Source of the DNA: Glycera tridactyla
Lineage: Eukaryota
Direction: 5' to 3'
DNA length: 64,000 bases
NCBI GenBank assembly: GCA_965644265.1
Contig: OZ286470.1
Location: 78,244,001 to 78,308,000 of the forward strand
Shown here piece by piece: positions 40,481 to 53,569 of this stretch (positions are counted from its first letter, which is position 1; each line of letters begins with the position of its first letter). The notes beneath the pieces are model-generated. The model saw nothing but the letters and a program-made list of their open reading frames with translations. It had not been told where the DNA came from and searched no databases. The position numbers and the translations under genes were made by a program.

Positions 40481-40580
40481 GTGATCATAGACAAGTGCCC
40501 GGGGTTGAGACAAGAACTGGTAGCAGAATATAAGGAGGAACAAAATGCCTTTATCAACGCCTACATTTCCCCAGCGGAGT
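40481..40580 (+). CDS. Possible orphan internal exon, product unknown
   Basis: Acceptor tttatctatctatgcttccag| and possible donor |gtatgc. Only one frame is open: VIIDKCPGLRQELVAEYKEEQNAFINAYISPAE. No partner exons were found. Confidence 0.22.
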
Positions 40581-41089
40581 GTATGCCAACTAGAACCAGA
40601 CACATTTTGACCAGATGAATGACAAATGTCTGCTTCCCGTCACATACAGATAGATGTACAATGTGGCGAAAGTCACATATATGTAACTCATTGTAGGGAG
40701 ACGTTATGTTTTTTCTTCCGATAATAAGAAGACATTGTTCAGATGGTAAACAAAGGAGCAGTGATGTAGCCGATGACAGCTGATGTTGGTGGTAAGCTGC
40801 TGCCTTGTTGGGGGATTAAAGGCGAGATTTGTATGCCTCTAGATAGATGTGTTGTGTCAGATATTTGATATGCTGATATGGTGTTGTGGGCCGCCAGGAT
40901 CGATACTGCTGGTACGGTAACACTGGGCTTACATGCAGCTAAGTACAGTAGTAAATATAGCAGACGCCACCTTAACACCAACACCAACATCCACACCCAC
41001 ACCCAACACACCGAGCACACGTCCTCGCTGAATTGTTGGTACATCATCGTATGTGTGCAGGTAAATCTTCATGTTGAAACTCTTTTAGG

Positions 41090-41715
41090 GAGATAGAGAT
41101 GAGGGAAAAACAAGGGAAAGATCAGGATGGATGAGAAGGACAAATGAGGGAAGAAGATACAGGGGAACGAAAGACGAGAGGAGGAAAGGGCAACACGAAC
41201 AGGAAGAAGAGGGACAAGAAGAAAGAAGATATAGAAGAAGACGACAGAGAAGAAGAAGAATAAGAAGAAGAAGAAGAAGAAGAAGAAGGAGAAGAAGAAG
41301 AAAAGGTAGAAAACAGGGAGCTGATGATGAAGAGAAGGAAAACGAGAAGAAATTGACACAGGAATAAGGGTAGTGAGAGACAGAAGAGGACAACAGGTAG
41401 GGTGAATGTCATTGTCGAGGAAGAAGGGGAAATAGGGGAGAATAGTGAGGTGGCAAAGGAGAACAAGGAACGAAGGAAGGAAGAAGAAGAAGGGAACGCA
41501 GAGGAAGAAAAAGAAGAAAGTGGAAGAACGAGAAGAATTAATAGTTGCAGTAGGAAGAAAAGACAAAATCAAGCATTGAACAGAGGACAAAAGAGAAGCA
41601 TGAAATGGCGAAGGATACTGAAGAAGGATACTGAAATGAGGAGAGGGGGAGGGAGGGTGAAAGGGATAAGGACAAGAAGAGAGAGAGAGGAAAAGAAAAA
41701 AAATAAAGGAGGAGA
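41090..41715. repeat. Purine-rich (GAA)n low-complexity tract
   Basis: Directly visible. Confidence 0.9.
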
Positions 41716-41834
41716 AAATGCATCGTTCAGAAGCCTGTCTTCTGGAACATGCATTATAATCACGATTGGGCCTGTCTATCTATATGAATAATGACTTTCT
41801 CAACAAAGGGCAGTTTTTGACTGCGGCATAACTC

Positions 41835-41935
41835 GAGAAAACATGGCGGAGAAACATCACACGCTGATTGGCAGATAATCCGACTGTCAGAATGAGGCTG
41901 CTGTTCGCAGCGCCACCTAGAATGACGTCATTAAT
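41835..41935. promoter_or_regulatory. CpG-rich cluster of promoter-type motifs
   Basis: AACATGGCGG (YY1-like, 41839), GATTGG (CCAAT, 41866), GCGCCACCTAG (partial CTCF-like, 41910) and ATGACGTCAT (CRE, 41922) fall within 100 bp. Confidence 0.3.
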
Positions 41936-43639
41936 GGCTAGGTCATCTGCGCCTTCACTAGCGTGCGAGGTAATTACATGTACGACATGATAAATGTAAC
42001 ACGCTACGCATAGTCTGATCATATGATAGTCCTATCAATACCAGGCGAACATAACTCGAAATATATGATGTGGCAGATCCTCTACGGCTGCATAACGACT
42101 ACAGTCTGCTACGTCAACTCTAACAAACTAGTATTTCTCCTTACTTGATCATCGCTGACTAGATCTGAGTTAGCGTGGTCATAATTGATCAAATACATCT
42201 TGCGGTGGTTATTGGAACTAGTTTCACAGTGTGTGATAGCTTCAGGCGTGATAACGCTATCATATGATGACATTTATGGGTGAAGTTTGCCTATATGATC
42301 GGCTCTATATAGTGCGACAACTATTTTGAGGTCAAAGCCGCACACATCCTTCCACTAGTTAGAATGAATTTCGATCACCACTCCTCTACTACCAAGCCAT
42401 ACTACAGGCATACTACCTGTATATAATCCTTGGATATTGTGCAAATTCAACAGACAGATTAGAGTTTGGCGGGTCAAAGTTCATATGATGATTTGCATAT
42501 ATTTTGACATTGATACACGTATATACATTCAAATTAACAGAGTGGCCAATTTAGTCTGTCGCGGTGTTTCCAATCAGTCGGACGCCGATTTCAGACGATG
42601 GAAATAAAAATGTGCCAATCCCATTTCGAAATGCTAAATGATCACACAATCATTTCCAAATTGCAGCGTGTAGTTATTTCCATGACATCCGGTTGACGGA
42701 AGACCCAGTGATCTGAGTTGCTTGAACTGGGATAAGTCACAGGAGTCGCAGTCGTTGTTGTCCTTATTGATTTTATTAGACTGTCAACCTCCTTCAGAAA
42801 TAATTGACTCATTTTCATTTGATTTCGATCAAATATGTCCCCTAATTCTCACCTGATCACAAACTACATGTACATATAACCAATAGTTACAAAAAGACGT
42901 TTATATTGGAAGTATGAGCACATTCCCAGTGAAACGGTATAACTGACAGAAAGCTACTGAACGATCTCTCAGCTTATATCGCACTTCAGGAACTAGATAT
43001 GAGAGGTTTCTCTCGCGGAAATTCTCCAGATGGCTACAGAGGTATCACCATTGAAAACACCATTCCGAGTGATATATCACTGCTTCCCCGCATCACCACC
43101 ATCTTTCACAAGAAAAACGGGTATAGAAACTCCCACGCTAGAACCAGGCAATAGAGAATGACAGATAGGTAGCAATGATTTATAATAGTTAGATTCTGAC
43201 ATTCATAGGATACATAATTCGTTTGGGTTACTTTTCTGACTGGTGAATGTCATTTGAACCTATAGCCTGCTGGAAGTGTGACAACCTGAAAAGTCGTAAT
43301 TTCTCTCGTTGTGGTATCCTAGCTTTGCCCGGACAAGAGGTCTGATCTTATCGGAGTGCAACCATCTACCTGTTATCATAAATGTAAGATCCCACTATAA
43401 AGCTCGGGACTATCAAGCTCTCATAAAGCATTAACGCTGTTTCCTGATTTATGATTGGGCTCAGACTGCCCAGAAATTCAACTCCGGCATTGGATTTAGA
43501 TTCGATGTAATTTGCATGAATATCAAAATATAAGAAACTCTCTCATACAATGCCTTGAATGTACTTGAATCCATCAATTTTGGTGATAGTCTGGCCACAA
43601 ACCCGACTACCACGTTTACAAGTTTTTCCAAGATGGTAG

Positions 43640-43937
43640 TCCTGTCGGGAGTCATGAATCGGAGCTTATTCAACTTTAGCCATCTAGCATCTATATCAAG
43701 CTTTCGTTCAGTCGGAGTTGTATTTCTACGGGACTTACACAAGTGGGAGACAAAGCGGTGTCATCGTCATATAGGATTTTTCACCTCACAGCCATATATT
43801 CTTGCTTTTATCACATGGATTAAAACTATGTACAACTATGTTATCAAGTGAGCTAGGCATATCATTGATATAAAGGGAGAAGAATAGGGGTCCCAGGATC
43901 GACCCCTGGGAGACGCCATAGTTGACTGGTAACAGGA
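43640..43937 (-). mobile_element. Non-LTR retrotransposon (L2/CR1 group) reverse transcriptase fragment, inactivated
   Basis: GVSQGSILGPLFFSLYINDMP, then LYDDDT (YADD-like) and RWLKLNKL. It is interrupted by a 53-bp insertion (43775-43827) and by frameshifts or stops. Confidence 0.8.
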
Positions 43938-44942
43938 GATAGAGAGAGAGAGAGAGGGTGGGGCGGGGGGGGGGGGGGGGGGGGGGTTGCATGGCCATTC
44001 ACCTCAGCTGTGCACGTCCTCTCCCTGGGATATGATTTCATCCGAGACCAGACTGTAGAGCCTATACCAAGTCAATGTGATTTATTGCATTATGAATCAT
44101 GGCTTTGTTTGTTTATTTTTCAATGATTTATATGATTGTAAAAAAGTAGTACAACCTTCTCGAGTACATCGTTGTAATAGTATTGGAAACCTTACATTCG
44201 TCCGAGAACGGGATCCAATTATTTCGGAAGTATTCTTTCCCTATCAATCTTGCTAGAAATGCAAAAGAACAAAGCCAGTTGCAGGATTTCCGAAATGGCG
44301 TATTTCTTCATCCAATGTTACTGGTATTTTTTGTGATTGGTAAATTAGAATAGTCACATTGCAGTGAAAAGAATAATGAGCATATGCTGAATTTAGCAGT
44401 CAGGGCAGATCTGATGGGCCTTTTTCACACATATATAGGTCGTCTCCCATCCAGGATAAACGCCCTTATGACTAATTAACGTATTCATTTCAATTCACAA
44501 TGCACACTAAATTCGTTTGAAATTGGCCTGCTCATGAAATATTTCTATTGATCATCGACTCCCACTGATTTCCCATAATCAAAGGTGATTAATCAGATGA
44601 CCACTGGGAACCTGTGGCTCATAAAACTGTGACCTAATGTTTAATTCATGGCCGTTTATTAAATCGATGCATTGATTTTCTGTGTCTGATGAGGAAATGG
44701 AGGTCGGATGCAGCGATCGGTGTGCAAGTCACATGCTAGCCCGGATGATCGGGGAGTAGATATGGCAAGCCGCCCAAACTCACCTGAATGTTTTATTCAT
44801 GTTTATTGGTTCGTTTTACTTTATCCAATATATCTTAGTGTACTATCATATTGATGTGGCATTTTCAGTGACGTATCAGGTGTTGAGTACTGGGTGTGAT
44901 ACTTCACATAGCTGGCTGAGAACTACTTTTTGATGATCTCTC

Positions 44943-45060
44943 ATGTGATAAAAGCAAGAATGTATGGCTGTAAAGTGAACACGCAATACCAAACTTGGTT
45001 TGAATTTCTCCGAAATTCACATTTTGTTCGGTATTGCGTTTTTACTTCACGGTCATTTAT
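44943..45060. mobile_element. Foldback / MITE-like element
   Basis: 35-bp arms (44960-44994 and 45026-45060) have about 8 mismatches. The left part CATGTGATAAAAGCAAGAATGTATGGCTG recurs inverted at about 43789-43817. Confidence 0.5.
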
Positions 45061-46115
45061 ACAACCGTGTACTCTTGATTGGATGTTCGACCCTCCTCTC
45101 TAATTCTTGTATGTCTGTACATATGTGTGGGGTAGTGAGTGTGGGCGTGGGTGTGGGTGTGGGTGTGTAAATACGAATCTCAAGGTGGAGGGATTCTCAT
45201 GGCTGATTTGTCGTAATTTATAATACTCCTATTGCTAGCCTATGATCATTGTTTTCGGATCTCAGATAATGAGAGGCTTATGCCTGCTTCGATGCTTCGG
45301 GGGCTACTAGACTTGTCATATAGTAGATGCATACGGGCTAGCCTCAAAGCTCTCTCTGGGACACCCCATCCTACAACTAGCCGAAGGTGTGAAATCACTG
45401 GGACTACACAACATTCCTGCATCTCTGCATATGTACTTCTGAATATACCCGGCTATAACGATACAGATGAAATGGAAATGAGACAGAGTTTAATCGTGAT
45501 GAGAACAATATATGAAGACCTATACTATTATACTATTTTGCTTTCGTGCAAACCATAGTCTCCAGTGGGAGTCCAATAAGTACGTTTTTTTCCAACATCC
45601 TTTTTTTTTTTGGAGAACGTAGTTTCAGTGGAGTCCAATAGAGTGAGGAGAAGTTCCCTCTGTCAGACCGAATTTGCTGATTCCCTGCCATGTCAACGCT
45701 ATGTCAATAACATAGATGAACTCCATCATCCCAGATAAACACATACAGCTGCTGGATTTGCTTAATTCAGCATCAATCAAAACCATTTACATATACAGTC
45801 GCTTTCCCTGACCACATACAACCAACCACAAAAGCTAGAACTAAATGCGCAGGTGGAGTGTGTGACTCATAGTCCAATTACTGTATGCTAACTAGATCAG
45901 CAATGTACTCGATTGTAATCCGATTGAATAGGTTCTCGATTAAAATGTGCATGTGTTACACGGTATCTCGGTACACTGTATTACTGCTTGTTTGTTCATC
46001 TGATTGGAGCTCTCCGGTCGATTCTTGTTATTTCGGTTGCCACCTACAACTAAACCAAGAAGTGAGGTCTGAATGGCACCCAGTATCATTAATCTGTGTC
46101 TCATTGGGATGCATC

Positions 46116-46195
46116 ACCATACCATACCATACCATACCATACCATACCATACCATACCATACCATACCATACCATACCATACCGTACCGTACCGT
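46116..46195. repeat. (ACCAT)13(ACCGT)3 pentanucleotide repeat
   Basis: Directly counted. Confidence 0.95.
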
Positions 46196-48812
46196 ACTTC
46201 GTACCGTTCCGAATTGGATATGGTTCAAATGTACCCATTAACGCGAGTTCCTGTCATCAGATGAACATACAGAATGTTCACCCATGTGGTATACATATGC
46301 TACATAGTAATAGTAATAGTAATCTTCATTGAAGAATGATGGCAACAATTGATTATTATATACAACCCTGACCAGTACATCGTTACAGAAATACGAGTGT
46401 TGGTGGTGGCGAAAGAGTGTTAGTAGGTATATTACATACAGTTTCCATTTCGACGTTGTGAAAGAGGTGGACAATGGGAGTTCAATACAGTTTACATCAT
46501 TAGAAAAAAAGATAATAGTATGATAATTGTAGGTGGTTCATTGGGATGTTATCATACAAAACATTTACAGATTGTGTCTAACTTCAAAGTGAAGAATGTT
46601 TTAAAACATTTGTCGAAAGGAGACCACACGAGAATAATCCGTGTTACATTTCTAACTTAGTATAACTATGTTCTATGTGATGGGATAACTGACTGAATAT
46701 CATTCTCCACAAAAATCTATCCACAAAGTTTCACGAAAATCCACAAAAGTTTGGAAGGCCAAGCGAGCAGGTTACTGGGTGTTCTCTGGTAGTGTTCTCA
46801 GGGTGATCTTGAAAATGTCCAAAGATGACATATCATATGTAGCACTAAAACTATTCCACTATCTGTTGCCTTATTGAAAACCAAAAATCGTAGTTGTCCC
46901 GATTCCTGTATTATCAGCGGGTAGCCTGTGACTGTAGTCTCCGTGATTGTGAATCAATCAACGGAGGTGAAAGTATGGTAACATATGGTCCCCTCCGATA
47001 TGATGGAGGTTTCTGTCAGTTTGAACGTTACCCATCTATCTCTCCGAGAGACAATGTGGTACTGATAGGCGAGGGCAATAGATCTATTACCATATATCCG
47101 TGATAACCGTCAGCAACAATTCCGCAGACCACGTCACTTTTTCCATATACTCTCAGAGCTCATTGCTGATACTCTAAGCTCACACTTCATCAAAGTTCCA
47201 CTGGAAAGGTCAAATGCAGAATAAATGTAACCATCAATGTTTGCAGATATAAACTTACCTCTTTCGGAAAATACAAGGCAGACGAGGCAGGGATTTTTCA
47301 CATATTCTTACGATGCATCAAATATATTGATTACAATACGATGCATGGCCATCTGGCAAATCACCTCTTTTTCATCATTTGTCTTCGATATATATTGGAA
47401 ATTACACAAAAAGTTGACCGGAAGAATATATATTCCGCATAGACAAGTGAAGAAAAATGTATCTTAGGTATGTGGCAAAGAATTTATGAGTTGTTTCTAT
47501 CAATCGGTAGCCGAGGGCGCTCAGATTTATCAGACTGAGGCGCCCCCTTGCCACTGTTGACATATCACAGACATCAAGAACGCCATGAGGTACGAGAATG
47601 AGGCCAGTAGCCAATTTTCGTGGATTATTGATGGGAGTAACTTCAACTCAGTTTTTCATGCTCAGTAAGATATCAATGACCATGATTAACTGCTCGAATG
47701 AGGATATCCAATCTCGTGCCAAAGAGGTGAAACCATTTATTAGATCGTCCATATCATCCCATCATGCAACATTGGACAATTATCCAACAGAAGATGGAAG
47801 GACGAAATACCCATGTAGCCCCCCCCCCCCTTACCCATCATTGATATGTGAATATCCGCTTAAGGTGTATTCTAACTAGCTCAATACGTGCTGAATGTAT
47901 ATATGTTTTGGGTCCACTGCCCAGTCATGGATTGCTATGGTCAATTGTGTTCCACGATGCCACTGTCTGTCTATATAGTCCTTATCTATCCATCCATCCA
48001 TCTATCCATCCAACATCCATGCGTACATCTGATCCCACTGTGACCTGTCATACATATGCAAGTTGAGAGTATTTGGTAGGCAGATGGGGGTGTATCCTGA
48101 GGTTGATAGATATATTCCGAGGAGCGCCTGATTGCCCTCTCCATGTATCTCATATTGCGCATATGAGGACAGAAAATATCATTTGCCTCTCATTTCATAT
48201 TGCCCTTCACTAGCGTCTATACTCGAAATACTGCAAGCAGTCATAGATACCACATCTGCAGCTGTGACTATTCATTTGTTTGTTTGCTTCTTTGAAGTCC
48301 CCTTCACCTCACTGAGTCATATTGGCCTGAACATACTAAAGGAACGAGAGGAGTGTCTTCGAAGATTGATCTTGAACGAATCCTCTCCTGCCGATTGTAT
48401 TGCCGGCTGAAACAACCAACCAACACAGCTCAATACTCAGTAATGTGACTAGGAGGAAATAGTTTCATTCATGTTAAACGACTCTTCACCCTTGTCTGGT
48501 CGATATGTGACTCACTATTAGAAACACCGGACTCAGGACTAGATATAATCTATTCCTGTTTCGGAAGGGCTAGTCCTCCCTTCTCTTCTCACACAACCCA
48601 ACAGTTGGGCTGTATATCTACTTTTATTTGGGTTGCACATGAGCTAAAACGAAACGTGCGCTGGGTGCGGCGTTATGGCTTGGATCGCGACCGTCTAATG
48701 TAAACATGGTGGCCATTAGTCAGGAATAGCCACTCTCGTCATTCAAAACATATCAAAACGACCACTATGGTGAGGGAGTACGCGACACAATAGTTTAACC
48801 TCTAGCTTCGAT

Positions 48813-49400
48813 NNNNNNNNNNNNNNNNNNNNNNNNNNNNNNNNNNNNNNNNNNNNNNNNNNNNNNNNNNNNNNNNNNNNNNNNNNNNNNNNNNNNNNNN
48901 NNNNNNNNNNNNNNNNNNNNNNNNNNNNNNNNNNNNNNNNNNNATCGTCATCATCATCATGATCATCATCGTCATCATCATCGTCATCATCATCGTCATC
49001 GTCATCGTCATCGCCATCGTCATCGTAATCATGATCGNNNNNNNNNNNNNNNNNNNNNNNNNNNNNNNNNNNNNNNNNNNNNNNNNNNNNNNNNNNNNNN
49101 NNNNNNNNNNNNNNNNNNNNNNNNNNNNNNNNNNNNNNNNNNNNNNNNNNNNNNNNNNNNNNNNNNNNNNNNNNNNNNNNNNNNNNNNNNNNNNNNNNNN
49201 NNNNNNNNNNNNNNNNNNNNNNACTGCCGCAACCACCACCACCATCACCACCACAACCGCCACCATCGCCTTCATTTTCTTTTTGCTATGCAGTCGTCGT
49301 CTTCATCTCTGTTATGGTCGTCGTCACCATCATCATCGGCGCTATGGTCACCATCATAGTCACCTTCGTCGTCATCGCCATCATTACGAGCTCGCCGCCA
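48813..49400. repeat. (ATC/CAC)n tract containing two N runs (48813-48943 and 49038-49222)
   Basis: Directly visible. Confidence 0.9.
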
Positions 49401-51526
49401 TGGTCATCATCACAAGTATATGCATATGATCAATCATAAACATTGCTCCTGAGTGCTCCATCAACTACAATAATCGATCATACTGATTATATGGGTCACA
49501 TCAGAGTGGCAACCCATAGGTGTGCTACTGGTAGAATTAAAAATACGACCAGTAACTGTCGATACGCCATCACTGCGACAGGGATTAGAACTGATGGGGC
49601 TCCAGTGTCCTATAAGCTCCAGATGGGCTTCTAAAAATAGAGAGGTGGTGGACTGGCTCTCCACAAGAGACACAACGCCGCGTGTTGAGCAATATATATT
49701 CCATGCAGCTACTGCTCCAACTGACACCTTGATGGGGAAAACCAACGGACAAATTGGTTACCAATAAGTGAATGAATCTATCTGCGAATGCAATTCACTT
49801 TGCTCGCTCTATCACGAGGTCCTGATCCTTCAAGAAAGGAGGATTTTTGGAATGCACGAAATATCTTCTAACCAGCATATCCATCCATCCATCCATCTAT
49901 CCATCGATTCATTCATCTATCTATCTATCAATCCAACCATCCATACATCCATCCNNNNNNNNNNNNNNNNNNNNNNNNNNNNNNNNNNNNNNNNNNNNNN
50001 NNNNNNNNNNNNNNNNNNNNNNNNNNNNNNNNNNNNNNNNNNNNNNNNNNNNNNNNNNNNNNNNNNNNNNNNNNNNNNNNNNNNNNNNNNNNNNNNNNNN
50101 NNNNNNNNNNNNNNNNNNNNNNNNNNNNNNNNNNNNNNNNNNNNNNNGATTTTTCGTACTTCCCTCAATTCTTTCACTGATGACTTGTCTTTTTTCAATA
50201 TTTTTCACCCACATGAAGGAACTGCGACGTATAAGGCAAACAGACGAACACGTCATTGAGTGGAGCATGTACGTGTCTTCAAGTTGAATCGCTTTGTGTG
50301 ACCTTGCAGCCCTCGGGCAATTTGTATAAGTAACTCTTTGACATGGCCGCCACCTTTCGGTATCCATCACCTCGGGCCTCAGGGCTAAGCCGGTTGTTGG
50401 CATCACCAGCTTGAGTGTGTCATGTCCTTCTCTGATTCATCGCCATCAAAGACATGTGCCCATGGATCAGTAGACTGAGGCTTTACGATTGATTTCCATC
50501 CCATTCTTTCTCCATGACACATACATCGCATACGACTTTCTGTCACAAAAGAATCGCAATCATGACCTGTGAAAAATCACAGCCTCACGATCCCCTCAAC
50601 CTCTCACATAATCTTCTTCAGATGAAAAAGACACATGAACGTTGGAGAGTTATCAGGGATGTCATGTGGAGGTTTATCGGCGTATCTGATATAGTCACAA
50701 GTGTGTCCGAACTGCCAACTATCTACACTTGAAAATTGTTCTGGTTTCCCATTATTTTTGTTCAGGGTGTGTTAGAGTGACGCTAATACTGGACGGAGTC
50801 TCCAGTGCTCAAAGGGCTGGAATATATATAACGTACATCATTGTCATGCAGAGTCGCAATGGTGTATGAGTGTGTTTGTGTGTGGGGGGGGGGGGGGGTG
50901 GGGGTGGGAATAGGATGAGTTAGTGGATTCAAGCTACGCACACTTGTTAGCCATATTTGAGGCCAGGCACCAATGGGTTAGACGTGGGCGTGACCCTTTT
51001 TGTGGTGCAATAATTCTTGAGAGACAACAAAATCGACAGCCTTATATACTGTACTGCATTTGTCCACTCCATGTAGACAAGCACTTGACAAGGTACCATA
51101 TGTTCAACAACACACTTTGTGTGAAATGGTCCCAAAGCATTCAACCTAGAAGCATAGGTGGGCAATTTTTTGCCAGCGCAGCTGTCGGGTGTTTCCCGAG
51201 AAGGACTGGTTCCCCACGTGATAAGCCCTATTCAAGCAGTTTTGACTAGTCACTGTACACATCATGACGATACATATGTAATATACTACTATCTGGTATT
51301 CAGCAAAAGTTCGCCAGACTTCGCATTACATTTCTATGTGGATATGTTCGAGTGTGGAACTTCCTCAAATCTTTAGGAGTGTGTTCGAGCACATTTTTGA
51401 GCTCTTCAAGCATCACCACTGTCGGCAGTGGTGAGGTTGGAATATATTTTACCAGTGAAAGATTCTCATCAAAACAAGCATGTTGGAGACAGGTAAACGA
51501 TCAGAAATGCAATTATCACCGAAAAT

Positions 51527-51607
51527 GAATCACTGGGAATGATTCGAGTGTGACATGAAAACAAGAATCACTGGGAATGATTCGAGTGTGACATGAAAAC
51601 AAGAATC
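51527..51607. repeat. Exact 38-bp tandem repeat x2
   Basis: GAATCACTGGGAATGATTCGAGTGTGACATGAAAACAA at 51527 and 51565, with a partial third copy. Confidence 0.95.
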
Positions 51608-52049
51608 CCTGCTCTCGGTGATATAGACAATAAAATCACGCCGTTTGGAGCAGGATATCTCAGGACACTGCGCCATCTGCACTCCTCCCTCCATGTATGG
51701 TATCGTAACCATTCCACGTGAGAGATGTAGTACACTCAGATCTATATGATATCACAGTGTCAGTATGGCTGAATCAACCATGTCAAATTCGGTCACCTAT
51801 CCAAAACTCTGTGAACCGCTTCGACTGTATGATGCGAAAGGATCCACGCCAGTTAGATATGTAACTGTAGTGTATGCATAACAAGTTCACCCGCCTTGCA
51901 ATTACATCAGGGGAGGCTTTGCCAATACAAGGTCCAGAATTTTCCGTCTCTGTGGAGAGTGTACAACCATATCATCATAGTCGAGTACCTTTTTACACCC
52001 AGGCGAAGTGGAGTGGTTGAGTACAGTGGTTCAACCCAGTGACCTCTAT

Positions 52050-52330
52050 ACCGAGGTGTCTCTGATGAGATTGGAAGCTAACAAAGCTTCGTGTAATAGA
52101 GCAGGTCCAGTATCGAAGAGTGAAGCTCGTTCATTTCGGTCACCCCTCTCACAATTCTCAACAAAGCTTTTCAGCTGAGAACCAGAGTGGCTGACCTGAC
52201 TAGCTCCATTTTGGTATGCATGTTGTTTGAGTTTGGGGCGAAAGTCACGGGATGACAGACCCATGGTAATCAGACTATTTTTCTCGTCATATATTCCGAT
52301 GGAAATTCAGGCAAACCATCTGACACCATA
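52050..52330 (-). mobile_element. Possible decayed LTR-retrotransposon integrase fragment
   Basis: MVSDGLPEFPSEY (compare IVSDNGPQFxSxEF) followed by HAYQNG (compare HPQSNG) in another frame. Weak. Confidence 0.25.
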
Positions 52331-52924
52331 GTAAAACAGGTAGCACACACGAGGCCTAGCTGATCGACACCCCTGAGAAGAATTCTGCCTGTTGCTAAAC
52401 AGTGGTAAGGGGCAAACCTTCTTTGGGCCGCTGGTAATGTGGTTGTCATGGTGATTGTGCAAGATGAGGTCACGCTCCTGAGATGAGACCCCCAATAATA
52501 AATATTTGGGGGGAGAGCTGGGAGAGCAGATCACTTTGGTCAATTCTACAGTGTAGGTAGTGTATAGTGATCTTGATTACGTCTTCTAGTCCTCTCTGTA
52601 GCCTGTGCTACACCTTGTCATGGTGCTGGGATGAATTAGATAATCTGGATGTAGATTGCCTATCGTGTGTGCTGCATGCATAGCTCACTTGGATGATCCC
52701 CTGAACTGAAGTGATCCCGGGAATTCCCCATAATCTCAATCTGATTGGAATCCATGTGGAACTTTCCATGTATAGTCAGTTATAGCTGTGGACTTCAATT
52801 ACCATAGTGGACTCAAATCTGGGTGTGAGATATACGCCCCTGTAGTGAAACACCTCTTATTTATTTCACTTGAACCCAGTCCATGCCAACTGAAATATCA
52901 AAGGCCGGCTGTGTGTATAGGAAT

Positions 52925-53080
52925 CTTTTCCTGTACGCATGTAAAACCACTGCTGTCTTTCGCAAACAGTAGGGATGGCCTCCGGCAGTGGTGCCTCTTT
53001 TCTTCAGCACTTCCAGGTTGTCAGTATTATATAACCAAAGGTGGACCTTAAACCCGAACAAACAAACGAACAAACACCTG
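52925..53080 (+). mobile_element. SINE 3' remnant
   Basis: Ends in GGTGGACCTTAAACCCGAACAAACAAACGAACAAAC, resembling the GTGGACCTAAAACCTCAAC tail of the 27.3-kb SINE. The upstream TGTAAAA...TTTCGCAAACAGTAGGGATG...CCGG resembles a SINE central domain (from memory). No A/B box was seen. Confidence 0.5.
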
Positions 53081-53569
53081 ATATCACCGTCTCCCATCGA
53101 TACCAACTCGACCTCATGCACGTTAAGGGGGCTGTGAGGCGGTAAAACGGTAATAGCCTTTTCTCGACCTGGGCTTTATGCGCGATGGATGATAAATAAA
53201 AGTCACTTATTGAGAAATTAACTGATGCCAATATGACGTCGTGGCGACGTTATATCGTTGCCAATAGTGGGTAGAGATGGCCTACTCAGCTTGCAGACAG
53301 GCCAATTGATCCGGGAATGATATAGGTGGCACAATCTGAGTAATTGTGAGCCTGCTTATGTCCGCAGAGATGACCGATGCCAAGCAAGACGTACTGAAGC
53401 GGCTCGTTAGTTCAGACGATATGAGCACTATTATTACACTAGCCCATGATGGGCCAATGAATCACCCCGGGCTAACTGATTTCTGATTGAAATATATGTG
53501 TGTGTGTGTTAGTATTTGCACGGGTGAATGTGTGCGTGTGTGAATGAGTGTGCGTGTATGTCTGTTCGT

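Noticed and set aside
51527-51607. CRISPR-like 38-bp direct repeats
   Set aside because: The copies are adjacent with no spacer, there are no cas genes, and the context is eukaryotic.
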